Of a stretch of DNA of 58,778 nucleotides, positions 32,437 through 42,178 are shown in pieces. The notes below the pieces were generated by a model, which was not told the DNA's origin, made no database searches, and saw nothing but the letters and a program-made list of their open reading frames with translations. Source of the stretch: a virus (Duplodnaviria; Caudoviricetes); the IMG/VR virus record IMGVR_UViG_3300028025_003040, positions 1-58,778 of that record. One strand, written 5' to 3'. Every line of letters begins with the position of its first letter. The first letter of the stretch is position 1. A program made the translations under genes and the position numbers.

Positions 32437-33002
32437 TATCTCTCCGTAAGTATTGTATTGGTATAATGTGCAATTCCAAATGAATCTGCAACGTCAAAAT
32501 CTGATAGGTTAAGGTCGTACTTCTTATTGAAGTAGTCTACTGTTCTTTGCTTACGCATATTTCTTAATTGGTTTTGATACCATGAGTCTGCATAACCTGG
32601 GTGCTTTGCTCTTATTGCTGCCTTCTCATCTTTAGTAGGGTTACTATTCTTAATGTATGCTTGCCATGATGAGGGCGATATAGTAATTACTTCCGCCCCA
32701 GTAGACATAAGCTCGGCGATAACAACCCCATAAACGTATGATAATTTAATTACAGCATCCGCTGATTTTACAAATACAGCGCCTTCTACAACTATATAAT
32801 CAGACTTTAGTTCATCTAACATTAAAGACATTTTTTTCTTAGCGTCATATATTTTATCATATATATTGGTGCCAACTAAATCAATCTTACCCCATTTAAT
32901 TGGATAATCGTTCTCCATTAAACAAAAAGCTATTGAATTTGTTGAGGCATCTATACCAAGAACACGGCTTGCCTTAGTCTTTACTAGGTTAGCTAATGTC
33001 AT
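32436..33002 (-). CDS. RuvC-like Holliday junction resolvase
   Basis: VLGIDAS, VVEG, PSSW, DVADS.GIA. Confidence 0.8.
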   Translation of the reverse strand: MTLANLVKTKASRVLGIDASTNSIAFCLMENDYPIKWGKIDLVGTNIYDKIYDAKKKMSLMLDELKSDYIVVEGAVFVKSADAVIKLSYVYGVVIAELMSTGAEVITISPSSWQAYIKNSNPTKDEKAAIRAKHPGYADSWYQNQLRNMRKQRTVDYFNKKYDLNLSDFDVADSFGIAHYTNTILTER

Positions 33003-33267
33003 CTATCATTCCCATTAAAATGCTTTTATTACTTAAGGTTATTTTCTTTTCACATATCGTACAATAATCACCCTGGTTATACCTACTTAGCTTTACATTA
33101 CATTTTTTACACTCACGATAGGCGCCATTTCTAATAGCCTTTTTTTCATAATATTTTTCCATAATTCTTTTATTTGTTGCCACTCTACAACAAGTATCTG
33201 AGCAATACTTTTGATTGTGTGTCTTTGCATCAAAATCTTTTGCACACTCCTTGTTGCCGCATATCAT
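32989..33267 (-). CDS. Zn-finger hypothetical protein
   Basis: Multiple CxxC motifs; QKYCS..C. Confidence 0.7.
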   Translation of the reverse strand: MICGNKECAKDFDAKTHNQKYCSDTCCRVATNKRIMEKYYEKKAIRNGAYRECKKCNVKLSRYNQGDYCTICEKKITLSNKSILMGMIDDIS

Positions 33268-34040
33268 ATTTTTGGAACCTCAAATTTTTCTATTTGAATA
33301 GTTCCAGTTGGCATGGACCAACATGCTTCTTTTGCTGGACAATACTTACAGGCTGAAGTAGACTTAGTAAATGATCTCATTGGCAGGTCTCCGTCTTTAA
33401 AGTTATCCCAGACTTCACACATCCAAATAAATGTATCATCAATAATTTTTTTATTTCTTTCATTCATAACAACTGGTATAACTACTATTTCTTGTGTATT
33501 TTTATTTTCGTATAGAAAAAATCCTTCTTTGGCATCAGTTAACTTCATGTAGGTAAGCAGTTGTAGCATGTGATTTGCTGATGATTTCATCTCTGCTTGA
33601 CGGGTATCCCAAACTTCTTGTTTAGCAGTTTTAATTTCACCAATTACTTTCTCTCCCTCCCACTCCATAACAAGGTCAATAAAACCTCTAATAGGTGGGT
33701 AATCATTTTTAATCTCTTGCTCTTCAGAAACAAAGTTAGGCATTGTCTTTATTAGATTTTGTAATCTTTCGTGGGCTTGTGTGCCTTGAGCCATATTTGC
33801 AATAGCAATGGAATCATTATCGTTGATAAACATAACTCCACTAAATGCTAGATACCAGTATCTTGGGCAATTGCCATGGCCATAGCCTAGAGAACTTGGG
33901 CTGAATGAGGTCTTTGTTGTAATTGCATCTTCTCTTTTTGTAGACAGGTATGCATCGTCTAGCATTTTAGCAAAAACCTCTGGGTCGAATTTACCAGATG
34001 ACTTTTTAAATTTTAGGTTCTTGACTATATCTCTACCCAT
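33264..34040 (-). CDS. Cas4-like PD-(D/E)XK exonuclease
   Basis: CPR..Y, GT..H, GFIDL, EIKT, QL..Y, CKYCP...C Fe-S motif. Confidence 0.82.
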   Translation of the reverse strand: MGRDIVKNLKFKKSSGKFDPEVFAKMLDDAYLSTKREDAITTKTSFSPSSLGYGHGNCPRYWYLAFSGVMFINDNDSIAIANMAQGTQAHERLQNLIKTMPNFVSEEQEIKNDYPPIRGFIDLVMEWEGEKVIGEIKTAKQEVWDTRQAEMKSSANHMLQLLTYMKLTDAKEGFFLYENKNTQEIVVIPVVMNERNKKIIDDTFIWMCEVWDNFKDGDLPMRSFTKSTSACKYCPAKEACWSMPTGTIQIEKFEVPKI

Positions 34041-34379
34041 TTATGAATTGTACCTAACGACATACTTAAGTGCATCTACAAGTTTGTCTATGGACTCCTT
34101 TACTGAATAATATACGTTCTTCTTATTGTTATTTTCTGTTCCAGCTTTATCTTTTGCAATTGTAGAATAAACTGAAGCAAGCACTGCAAACTTAGTTGAC
34201 ATTGCCTGTAGCTCCATGATTAGGTGCGGAGCTTTGGCAGATGGAACATCTGGGTTCATTAACAATTTTACCACAATTGCCAAAGCCCTATCTAAATGCT
34301 CGTCCTTCATAAACTCATGAAGATCATTAAATTCTGTAATATCACTAATTAATTCAAGAGTGTTTTTATCTTGCGTCAT
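34041..34379 (-). CDS. hypothetical protein
   Basis: ORF track. Confidence 0.75.
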   Translation of the reverse strand: MTQDKNTLELISDITEFNDLHEFMKDEHLDRALAIVVKLLMNPDVPSAKAPHLIMELQAMSTKFAVLASVYSTIAKDKAGTENNNKKNVYYSVKESIDKLVDALKYVVRYNS

Positions 34380-34466
34380 GCTTCATATCCTTATCAATCT
34401 TATTAATGAATAGCCCAATTGGGTATCCTGCAACAAATCCTATTAACATGCCCAACAAAAATGATG

Positions 34467-34625
34467 TCATGACATTACATTCTGAACTAATGCATAGCCT
34501 ATCCAAAGTCCGACAATACCCATCAATCCAGCAAATACTGGCGGTGCAGGGATAGGTAGCTTAAATATACTAAAGATTCCACCTACTCCAATACCAGTTA
34601 AAGTAGTTAAAAAAAGTTCTTTCAT
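34467..34625 (-). CDS. XapX/DUF1427-like small membrane protein (52 aa)
   Basis: Read by hand: GGIFSIFKLPIPAPPVFAGLMGIVGLWIGY. Confidence 0.7.
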   Translation of the reverse strand: MKELFLTTLTGIGVGGIFSIFKLPIPAPPVFAGLMGIVGLWIGYALVQNVMS

Positions 34626-34927
34626 TTATTATTCTCTTCCCAAAATTTGATCAGTTCCTCGAGAACAGACCATTCAATAATACCAAGACGAACCTTAGAG
34701 TCTTCACCAATTATAATTTTAAGGGCAGGGTGCATATCACGACTTACCTTAAATGTATCAGTGCATATCTTAGCCCATACATCTTTATTTAAATTAAAAG
34801 ATCTTGAAGCCTCTTTATAGTCTACAAGGAATTGTTTCCATTTGGCATCACCCTTTTGGTAATCTCCCCGTCCACTATTTTTTTGAGCCTTAGCCCCGTC
34901 TCTTTTTACTTCAGATCTTTCTGACAT
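34622..34927 (-). CDS. Hjc-like PD-(D/E)XK resolvase
   Basis: NSGRG..KGDA...LVDYK. Confidence 0.6.
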   Translation of the reverse strand: MSERSEVKRDGAKAQKNSGRGDYQKGDAKWKQFLVDYKEASRSFNLNKDVWAKICTDTFKVSRDMHPALKIIIGEDSKVRLGIIEWSVLEELIKFWEENNK

Positions 34928-35121
34928 TACTGAACCCTAAATGTTGTTGTATGGTCTTTTGAGCACTTCCAAGACATAACAAGTTCTATTGGATCCCACA
35001 ACGCACCTCTAACATCTTCATCGCATTTTGAACAAGCACGTACTCCAGATAGCTGTTCTAGTTCATATCCCTTTGATTCTTCTTTAATTTTTGTATTAAG
35101 AAACTCATTAAGATTTGGCAT
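34927..35121 (-). CDS. small Zn-binding protein
   Basis: CSKC...C..DH. Confidence 0.65.
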   Translation of the reverse strand: MPNLNEFLNTKIKEESKGYELEQLSGVRACSKCDEDVRGALWDPIELVMSWKCSKDHTTTFRVQ

Positions 35122-36112
35122 TTATGTCTCCGACTAAACTGTCTACAACATCTGGATTTTCTCTTAAATACGCTACAGCCTTTGCACGTCCTTGAAAACG
35201 TTCTCCATTTACTGTATACCATGCTCCACCTTTTTCTACTATGCCACACATTTCTGCAACATCAAGAGTTTCTCCGACCCTATCTACGCCAAGAGCTTCT
35301 CCTTGGTAATAAAAATCGTATTGTCCTGATAGGTTTGGTGGGCCGAGTTTGTTGTAATCAATAATCCAATTAACTGGTCTTCCAACTCTTTGTTCAATAA
35401 TTTTGTCGCCAACCTTAATGCCAGCTTTAATAGCATTAGCTTCGGCTTCAGACGACCATAACTTAATGACCGTGGAAGAAAAAAACTTAACTGCCATTCC
35501 ACCTGTTGGTATGTGGCTAGCATGCATGGAGCCAAACTGATTTCTTTGTTGTGAGATTAAAACAAGCAATGTGTTTTTATTTGCATAATTCAACATTTTT
35601 ACTGCGTGTGTCATATCTTTTGCTTCGGCGCCGATCTGCTTTGTGTCTTGTAGATCTTTCATTTCATTTCCGTCTTTTTCAAAATAAATTCCTGGAAGAA
35701 GTGCTGATATAGAATCTACGACAATAAGATCCACTCCAGCCTCCATCAGCTTTACGCCAACATCAACCATATCATTAACTGTTTTTGCTGGAGAGTAGAT
35801 TAGCTTTGAAGAATCTACACCTAAAGTTTCTGCCCACTTTTGATCGTAAGATGCCTCTGCATCAATCCATGCACAGGTCTTTCCTTCTTTTTGTGCAATT
35901 GCAATCATCTGTAAACAAAAAGATGACTTGCCAGCAGATTTATTTCCCCATACCAACACTTGTCTTCCGTATCCTAGCCCACCCTTTAAGGCCATGTTTA
36001 GACCAATACTTGGGGTTAATTGCTTTTCTACCTTTATGTCCTGTGCTGACTGGACTCTTGCTCTTGTTTTTGGATCTAGTTTTGATAATATATTATCTAT
36101 TGTGATAGTCAT
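35108..36112 (-). CDS. recA: RecA-like recombinase
   Basis: GNKSAGKS, WIDAE, VVDSI, ISQ.R, TGG.A.KF, GAWY. Confidence 0.9.
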   Translation of the reverse strand: MTITIDNILSKLDPKTRARVQSAQDIKVEKQLTPSIGLNMALKGGLGYGRQVLVWGNKSAGKSSFCLQMIAIAQKEGKTCAWIDAEASYDQKWAETLGVDSSKLIYSPAKTVNDMVDVGVKLMEAGVDLIVVDSISALLPGIYFEKDGNEMKDLQDTKQIGAEAKDMTHAVKMLNYANKNTLLVLISQQRNQFGSMHASHIPTGGMAVKFFSSTVIKLWSSEAEANAIKAGIKVGDKIIEQRVGRPVNWIIDYNKLGPPNLSGQYDFYYQGEALGVDRVGETLDVAEMCGIVEKGGAWYTVNGERFQGRAKAVAYLRENPDVVDSLVGDINAKS

Positions 36113-36144
36113 TTAAACTCTTTTCTTAAGTATATAGTATAGCA

Positions 36145-36492
36145 TTAAAACAAATTCCCGTGAAGCTTTGGCCTTTCCTTATTTATATTTACTTTATTTT
36201 CTAGGGCTACGTCTAGGGAGTGTGAAATCATTTCTGTGTTCATCATTGCCGCATACAAGTCCAGAAGCCTAATTACCACATCTGCCATTTCTTCAACAAT
36301 ATTTTCACTACCCTTATTTTTTCTTACTGCTTCTAAAACTTCCGTAACCTCTGAGTGGATAAGCGCTAGCTTGTTTCCAATTACATTATATGTAACTTCA
36401 TCTTCCCAAAACCCTTTTTCAATTGCTGTTTCGTGAAGAATTGCTGAAAGTGCATCTAAACCAAACTCTGTAATAATTTTATTGCTGTTCAA
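36145..36492 (-). CDS. MazG-like nucleotide pyrophosphohydrolase
   Basis: LALIHSEVTEVLEA.RK, EEMAD..IR. Confidence 0.8.
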   Translation of the reverse strand: MNSNKIITEFGLDALSAILHETAIEKGFWEDEVTYNVIGNKLALIHSEVTEVLEAVRKNKGSENIVEEMADVVIRLLDLYAAMMNTEMISHSLDVALENKVNINKERPKLHGNLF

Positions 36493-36679
36493 CTTTGTCT
36501 CCTAATTTAAAAATAAATGAAGGTCCTTCTTCATCATATTCAACTACTAACCCCTTGTCGGAATTACCAGATTCAACAAATGTCAATGTAGACACTTTTA
36601 CTTCACCAACAGTTTCTAGTATTGAAAGTAAAACTTTATTAATACTAAATTCAGATATAATATCTTCATGATTTTCCAT
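36479..36679 (-). CDS. hypothetical protein
   Basis: ORF track. Confidence 0.7.
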   Translation of the reverse strand: MENHEDIISEFSINKVLLSILETVGEVKVSTLTFVESGNSDKGLVVEYDEEGPSFIFKLGDKVEQQ

Positions 36680-36907
36680 TTAATCTCCTACGTATATATC
36701 AACTTTACCATTTGATTTAAGCCAATCAAATGTAGCCATCAGGTGTTCACGAGTCTCACAGGTTTCGCATCCATCATAAAGATCATATGGCTCCCAATCT
36801 TCTGGCACCGCATCATCGTATAGATAATTCATGCACATTGCTCTGTGGTCACCTATAAAAACCTCAAGCTGCTTTGCCTCTTCTGTTGTCAGAATTATAT
36901 CTATCAT
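36680..36907 (-). CDS. hypothetical protein
   Basis: ORF track; coupled to dnaE. Confidence 0.7.
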   Translation of the reverse strand: MIDIILTTEEAKQLEVFIGDHRAMCMNYLYDDAVPEDWEPYDLYDGCETCETREHLMATFDWLKSNGKVDIYVGD

Positions 36908-39900
36908 TTTATTTCCTTTATCATAAGAGTTCCATCATCAAGTTTTGACAAGGTTACCTTACATTTCATTCCTTCTCTCATTTTAGCCAAAGCCATTTTA
37001 TAGAGTGTTGGGAATGCAATTGCTCTTGTTAAGTTTTTATCTCTATCTGAAAATACAAGGTGCGCCATCATTTTGCCAGCCTTAGTTTTATAAGGAGTAA
37101 AACTTACAACTATGTATTCATCTTCTTCTAAATCGTATTCTTTCCTATAAAGGTAGTCTACAAATAAGTCTGATCCGCTTGGATCTATATCAGACACCTT
37201 AACATATCTTGCTATTCGGTTATCTCCAACAAGTATAAAATACATTTGACTTGTTTCTATTTGTGTCTGTTCGTTATGGAATAAACCAATTGAACCAGTT
37301 TCATCTACCAACTCAATTCTTGCCCATCCAGTTCCTCGTTTAATTCCCTTTACCATTCCAAACATAACAAATGATCCAAGGTCATCAAATTCTTCAATCG
37401 GTCTAGCCTGAGCTTTAATGCGTGGAGGAATTCCTTCTAAGTTAAAGGTTGGGATCCCTAAGTATTCGTAATAGTTATCTTTTTCGTTTCCAGACCTAAC
37501 ATTATCCTCAAAGGCAGCGCCACCAATTGAATTAAGTGCAGCAATAGCTCTACTATTAATACCACTACCTTTCTTAGAAGCCTTTTCAATAAAGTCATTG
37601 TAATTTGTATAAGGTCTTTTTTCTATAATCTTGTTTGCGATACTGTCTGATATAAACTTAACTTCTGCAAGTCCAAATCTGATAGATTCTCCTTGCAAAG
37701 AAAAATAAACATTAGATTCGTTTATATGAGGAAGTTTAATGCTTAGCCCTAGTCTTTTGGCTTCAATTAAATATTCCGTTCTGGCATCTTTATCATTTTC
37801 GTTTTTAAGAATTGAAAACATAAATTCAAGAGGGTAATAAGTCTTGAGCCAAGCAGTATAATAACTAAGCATGGAATAAGCAACAGCATGAGAACGGTTG
37901 AAAGAATAACCCGCATGAGCTTCAAAATCATGCCAAAGGGTTTCTGCTTTTTTCTCTGAGATATGCTTAGAAGCGCCGCTAATAAATTGATCCTTGAATT
38001 GGTCGAACTCTTTTGCATCTTTCTTCTTTCCAATGATCTTTCTTACCTTATCGGCTTCTGACCATGACATTCCACCCAAGTGTACACAAGCTTGCATAAC
38101 TTGTTCTTGATATATAATAACTCCGTATGTATTCTCTGTAAACGGCTTAAGAATTGTGTGAGTAAACTCAACTGCTTCTCTTCCATGTTTACGATTAATA
38201 TAAGCAGCACCTACAGTATTCATTGCGCCTGGTCTAACCAATGCGTTAGATGCGGCAAGATCTTCAAACTTATCCACACCCATCTTAATAAGAAGGTTTG
38301 TGTATGGTGTTGCTTCGGCCTGGAATACTCCCTTTGTATATCCATCGCTTAACATTTTATAAACTTTAGGGTCATCAAGAGAAAGCTCAGACAAATTAAT
38401 ATCCTTGCCAGTTCTTTTCTTAACTGAGTCTAGGGTATCTGATATCACAGATAAAGTTTTTAGTCCAAGAGCATCTAATTTAATAAGACCAATATCTGCA
38501 ACTGTATCCATGTCATACGCAACAACTGGTATACGTCCAGAAACAGAATCGCTTGCATCTGCACGAGACTCAACTGGTGCAAACTTTCTAATATCATCTT
38601 TTGCTACCACAACTCCAGCAGCATGTACTCCTACTGAGCGGATACGTCCACGAAGCCTTTCTGCAAGCCATACAACCTCTGGGTATCTTGTTCTAAATTC
38701 TTTTGTATTTGGAGAATCAATAAAGTCTTCAAATGTATCAACTGACTTTAGTGCACGGTTAACTTCTTGAAGAGGAATCATAAATACACGAGCAGCATCA
38801 CGAACTACTCCCTTGTCTTTAAAATAAGTAAATGTAGAAATTGATGCTACGTGCTTAAATTTTTTCTTTAAATAATCCTTAACCTCTTTACGACGGCGGT
38901 CCTCAAAGTCTGTATCAATATCTGGGAAATCATTACGTTCAGGGTTAATAAATCGGAAAAACAATAGGTCGTATTTAATTGGATCGACATCCGTAATTCC
39001 CAATGAATAACAAACTAAAGATCCAGCTGCAGAACCACGTCCTGGACCAACCTTGATGTTATTTTCTTTAGCCCAATTAATCATATCTGCTACTACTAAA
39101 AAGTATGAGGCAAAATTTTTCGAAGCAATAACCCCCAATTCCTCCTCTAGGCGTTCCCTATAAATTGGTTCTGAAGCCTTCTGAAGCCTCTCTAAGCCCC
39201 TTTCAGTCAGTTCCCGTAGTCTTTCATCGGCATCTGTCTTTGGGACTGGCAGGAGGTCAAGGCCCTGATGAAAATCATACTCTGATACCTTAGAGGCAAT
39301 CTCCATGGTATTTTCATAAATATCAGTACGGCTAATTCCAACCTTATTAAAATCAGCCTCTATTTCAGACCGTGTTTGAATAAATAAATTATAGTCTTGA
39401 AATGATATTCTTCTATCAGGATAAAGATAGTTAAATCTATCATTCATATTCTTCATCTGACGAGACATGTCAAAGTCTGCATCTTTGTCTGCTTTTGGGG
39501 ATGTTGATAGGATCAGCATGGCTTCTTCTAATACTCTATCTTCTTCTTTAGCAAAATGGGCATCTCCTGTAGCCACCGCTTTAATTTTTAATTCATCTGC
39601 AAGCTCAAGAAGCTTGCTGTTTATTTCTTTCGGATTGTGAGATTGAACCTCAATATAAAAATCATCTGAAAAAGTTCTTTGAAAATCTTTGAGAACCATC
39701 TTAGCTTCAGAGAACTCGCCCTTTTCGATAGCCTTAGAAATAAGACCATTGAGGCATCCAGATAGTACAATAATACCTTCCGCATATTCCTTAAGCACCT
39801 CCCTATCAATACGTGGCTTATGATAAAACCCTTCGTTCCAAGCCAGTTCCTGCAAAATGTTTATATTTTCTAGACCCTTTTTATTTTTTGCTAGCAAGAT

Positions 39901-40173
39901 TATGTGATTATACGCCTGAATACTTTTGTCTGTTTTAGAGGAGCGATCAAACCTATCTGTTGGTGATATGTACGCTTCTACTCCAAGGATTGGCTTAATG
40001 CCTAATTCTTTTGCAGCAATTTGCATTTCACGATGTGAAGAAAGTGTTCCGTGGTCTGTAATTGCTATAGCGGTTTGACCAGCATCTAATGCGGCTTGGC
40101 ATAGTTCTCTTGGTGAATTAAGTCCATCCATTAATGAATAATAAGAGTGAACGTGTAGGTGTGTAAAATTCAT
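36904..40173 (-). CDS. dnaE: DNA polymerase III alpha subunit
   Basis: PHP HLHVHSYYSLMDG, GRGSAAGSL, PDIDTD, HAAG, YQEQ, FNRSHA. Confidence 0.96.
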   Translation of the reverse strand: MNFTHLHVHSYYSLMDGLNSPRELCQAALDAGQTAIAITDHGTLSSHREMQIAAKELGIKPILGVEAYISPTDRFDRSSKTDKSIQAYNHIILLAKNKKGLENINILQELAWNEGFYHKPRIDREVLKEYAEGIIVLSGCLNGLISKAIEKGEFSEAKMVLKDFQRTFSDDFYIEVQSHNPKEINSKLLELADELKIKAVATGDAHFAKEEDRVLEEAMLILSTSPKADKDADFDMSRQMKNMNDRFNYLYPDRRISFQDYNLFIQTRSEIEADFNKVGISRTDIYENTMEIASKVSEYDFHQGLDLLPVPKTDADERLRELTERGLERLQKASEPIYRERLEEELGVIASKNFASYFLVVADMINWAKENNIKVGPGRGSAAGSLVCYSLGITDVDPIKYDLLFFRFINPERNDFPDIDTDFEDRRRKEVKDYLKKKFKHVASISTFTYFKDKGVVRDAARVFMIPLQEVNRALKSVDTFEDFIDSPNTKEFRTRYPEVVWLAERLRGRIRSVGVHAAGVVVAKDDIRKFAPVESRADASDSVSGRIPVVAYDMDTVADIGLIKLDALGLKTLSVISDTLDSVKKRTGKDINLSELSLDDPKVYKMLSDGYTKGVFQAEATPYTNLLIKMGVDKFEDLAASNALVRPGAMNTVGAAYINRKHGREAVEFTHTILKPFTENTYGVIIYQEQVMQACVHLGGMSWSEADKVRKIIGKKKDAKEFDQFKDQFISGASKHISEKKAETLWHDFEAHAGYSFNRSHAVAYSMLSYYTAWLKTYYPLEFMFSILKNENDKDARTEYLIEAKRLGLSIKLPHINESNVYFSLQGESIRFGLAEVKFISDSIANKIIEKRPYTNYNDFIEKASKKGSGINSRAIAALNSIGGAAFEDNVRSGNEKDNYYEYLGIPTFNLEGIPPRIKAQARPIEEFDDLGSFVMFGMVKGIKRGTGWARIELVDETGSIGLFHNEQTQIETSQMYFILVGDNRIARYVKVSDIDPSGSDLFVDYLYRKEYDLEEDEYIVVSFTPYKTKAGKMMAHLVFSDRDKNLTRAIAFPTLYKMALAKMREGMKCKVTLSKLDDGTLMIKEIK

Positions 40174-40191
40174 TTGTCTCCGCCGTTAATG

Positions 40192-40220
40192 AGAGGCGGG
40201 GGATTTACCCCCGCCCCCGT
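40192..40220 (-). terminator. GC hairpin between ssb and dnaE
   Basis: GGCGGGG-gattta-CCCCGCC. Confidence 0.5.
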
Positions 40221-40224
40221 TTAA

Positions 40225-40896
40225 TTACCAGTCCATGCTGCTACTAGTAGCAGATGTCTCCTCGTTGTTACCGCCATTTTCTCCTGCGAAAAAGGCTTCT
40301 TGCTCTACGTAAGGTAGGTCACGTACAGCAGTTGTTTCTAGGTCATACAACTCTAGAACAGATGAATCAAACAATGTTTCATCTTTTGCTAATGGGATTA
40401 TTGTATAACTTGTGTCTGTTTTTGTGCCAGAACGCTTGATACGCCACATCAAATTTGTGATGCTTCCCATTTCGCCAGCGTATTCAATTAGTGTAGGTGT
40501 TACTGTCTTACCGCTTGAACCTTGTGAAAGGATTGCGACATATGGATCCTCTTTACCATCTTCAACAAGTACATTTGTGTAAAGTCTTGAACGGCCTTTC
40601 CAACCAGCCTTATAATCCTTACGGTGTTGTTCACAACCATAACACTTACCTTGGTCTTCCATGGAACATAGCGCCTTGCGGCGATAGTCTTTTGGATTTG
40701 TGTGCTCAACGGCAATAAAGCCTAAGCCATTCTTTTCATTGTAAGAAGGTGAGTCTGGATCTAATTCCTGAAGGAAGCGAATCTTAATGCTTTCCCCATC
40801 TTCCAGCTTAACCCAACGAGCCTTTGATCCGTCTCCAGAACTTTGTGGCTTGTCCATAACTTGATTTAGGCCTTTAAGCCCTTTAACTATACCCAA
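40225..40896 (-). CDS. single-stranded DNA-binding protein (gp32-like)
   Basis: IRFL, Zn-type Cys/His, R.G...DTSY, acidic tail ending in W; position between primase and polymerase. Confidence 0.7.
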   Translation of the reverse strand: MGIVKGLKGLNQVMDKPQSSGDGSKARWVKLEDGESIKIRFLQELDPDSPSYNEKNGLGFIAVEHTNPKDYRRKALCSMEDQGKCYGCEQHRKDYKAGWKGRSRLYTNVLVEDGKEDPYVAILSQGSSGKTVTPTLIEYAGEMGSITNLMWRIKRSGTKTDTSYTIIPLAKDETLFDSSVLELYDLETTAVRDLPYVEQEAFFAGENGGNNEETSATSSSMDW

Positions 40897-40952
40897 TTTG
40901 TTTCCTCTTTTCATGTAGTTGATGGTATAAATCCATCTGTATTTCTATTATA

Positions 40953-41951
40953 TCATGGGCTCCAAGATCGATATTCGATATCAGATACTGCGTTTTTAAT
41001 ACAAGTTTTAATTTCCTCATCGGTCATATCGCCTGCATCTTTTGCTTCGTGTGGGTATATCTTACCATATTCATAAGAAGCCCACAAGAGGTCTTTGTTC
41101 CTTAGTTTATTAGACAACACATAGCCAAGCTCACGCCCAGCCTTATCTGCATCTGTCATTATAATAATCTTATTAAAATATCTATTCAGTAATTTAATAT
41201 TATCTTGAGATACGTGTCCGCCCAGCGTTGCAACAACATTTGGAAATCCAGCTTGATGCACACGGATTGCGTCAAAGCTGGACTCCACTACTATGACGTG
41301 GTCCCCAATTTTTTTTGCACGATGTATATTAAACATCGTTTTATTTCTTGGAAGATTGGTGCTATTCTTAAATTTTTTATCCGATATAGATCTTCCAACA
41401 AGACCTACTGGAATACCGTCTGGGCTATGCACTGGAACAATAACCATTCCTTGTTTTGCAGAATACCCTAATGAGAAATAGTTTATAGATTCAAGGTTAA
41501 TGCCTCTTGAACTAAAGTAGGCTTTCCCATCTTCTGACTCTAGTATCTCTGTGTGTAGATTAGAAAGAACATCTTGTGGAAACTCTACAAAGTCTGGCTT
41601 TTCTTCAAACATATCATTCATTACTTCTTCAAAATTATCAAGAACTTCTGCTTCGCTTTTTGATATAAACCTAATAGCCTCAAAGTCATTCTTGTGCATT
41701 ATTCTTTTAACTAGATCTACTAAGGTTCCAGATTCACCGCATGCTGGGTTAAAGCATAGCCAGGCACCAGAAGACTTGCTTATGCTACAGCTTGCGCTGT
41801 GTCGATTGGAATGAAATGGGCAGTAAAAAGAAACCTCCACGTTTGTCTCACCAGCAATATGAATACCAAGTTCTTTAACTATAGACTTGATATGCGCTGA
41901 CGAGTATTTCGTGGAATCATCTTTCCTTGCGTAATTCCCTCTGATAGCCAT
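40953..41951 (-). CDS. dnaG: DNA primase
   Basis: CPFH..C....C Zn finger, VGRS, TOPRIM VVESSFD, DADKAG. Confidence 0.9.
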   Translation of the reverse strand: MAIRGNYARKDDSTKYSSAHIKSIVKELGIHIAGETNVEVSFYCPFHSNRHSASCSISKSSGAWLCFNPACGESGTLVDLVKRIMHKNDFEAIRFISKSEAEVLDNFEEVMNDMFEEKPDFVEFPQDVLSNLHTEILESEDGKAYFSSRGINLESINYFSLGYSAKQGMVIVPVHSPDGIPVGLVGRSISDKKFKNSTNLPRNKTMFNIHRAKKIGDHVIVVESSFDAIRVHQAGFPNVVATLGGHVSQDNIKLLNRYFNKIIIMTDADKAGRELGYVLSNKLRNKDLLWASYEYGKIYPHEAKDAGDMTDEEIKTCIKNAVSDIEYRSWSP

Positions 41952-42178
41952 GCCTTCTTCTTTCCCACATAAACTCCATGTAAAGTCATTAAGAACTTCC
42001 ATGTTTCACCTGTAAATTCTACCGAAAAGGCAGTATCTATGTCAAGTACTCTTATATATCCTTGATCCCTCATTTGATGAATAAGTAAGCTTTCATACTG
42101 ATGCTTAACCCTAATCATATCTGAGTCATCTAGGAACTCTACATCTATTTGAAATCTTTTAATTCGTTTGTGCGTCAT
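41879..42178 (-). CDS. hypothetical protein
   Basis: ORF between helicase and primase. Confidence 0.7.
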   Translation of the reverse strand: MTHKRIKRFQIDVEFLDDSDMIRVKHQYESLLIHQMRDQGYIRVLDIDTAFSVEFTGETWKFLMTLHGVYVGKKKAWLSEGITQGKMIPRNTRQRISSL

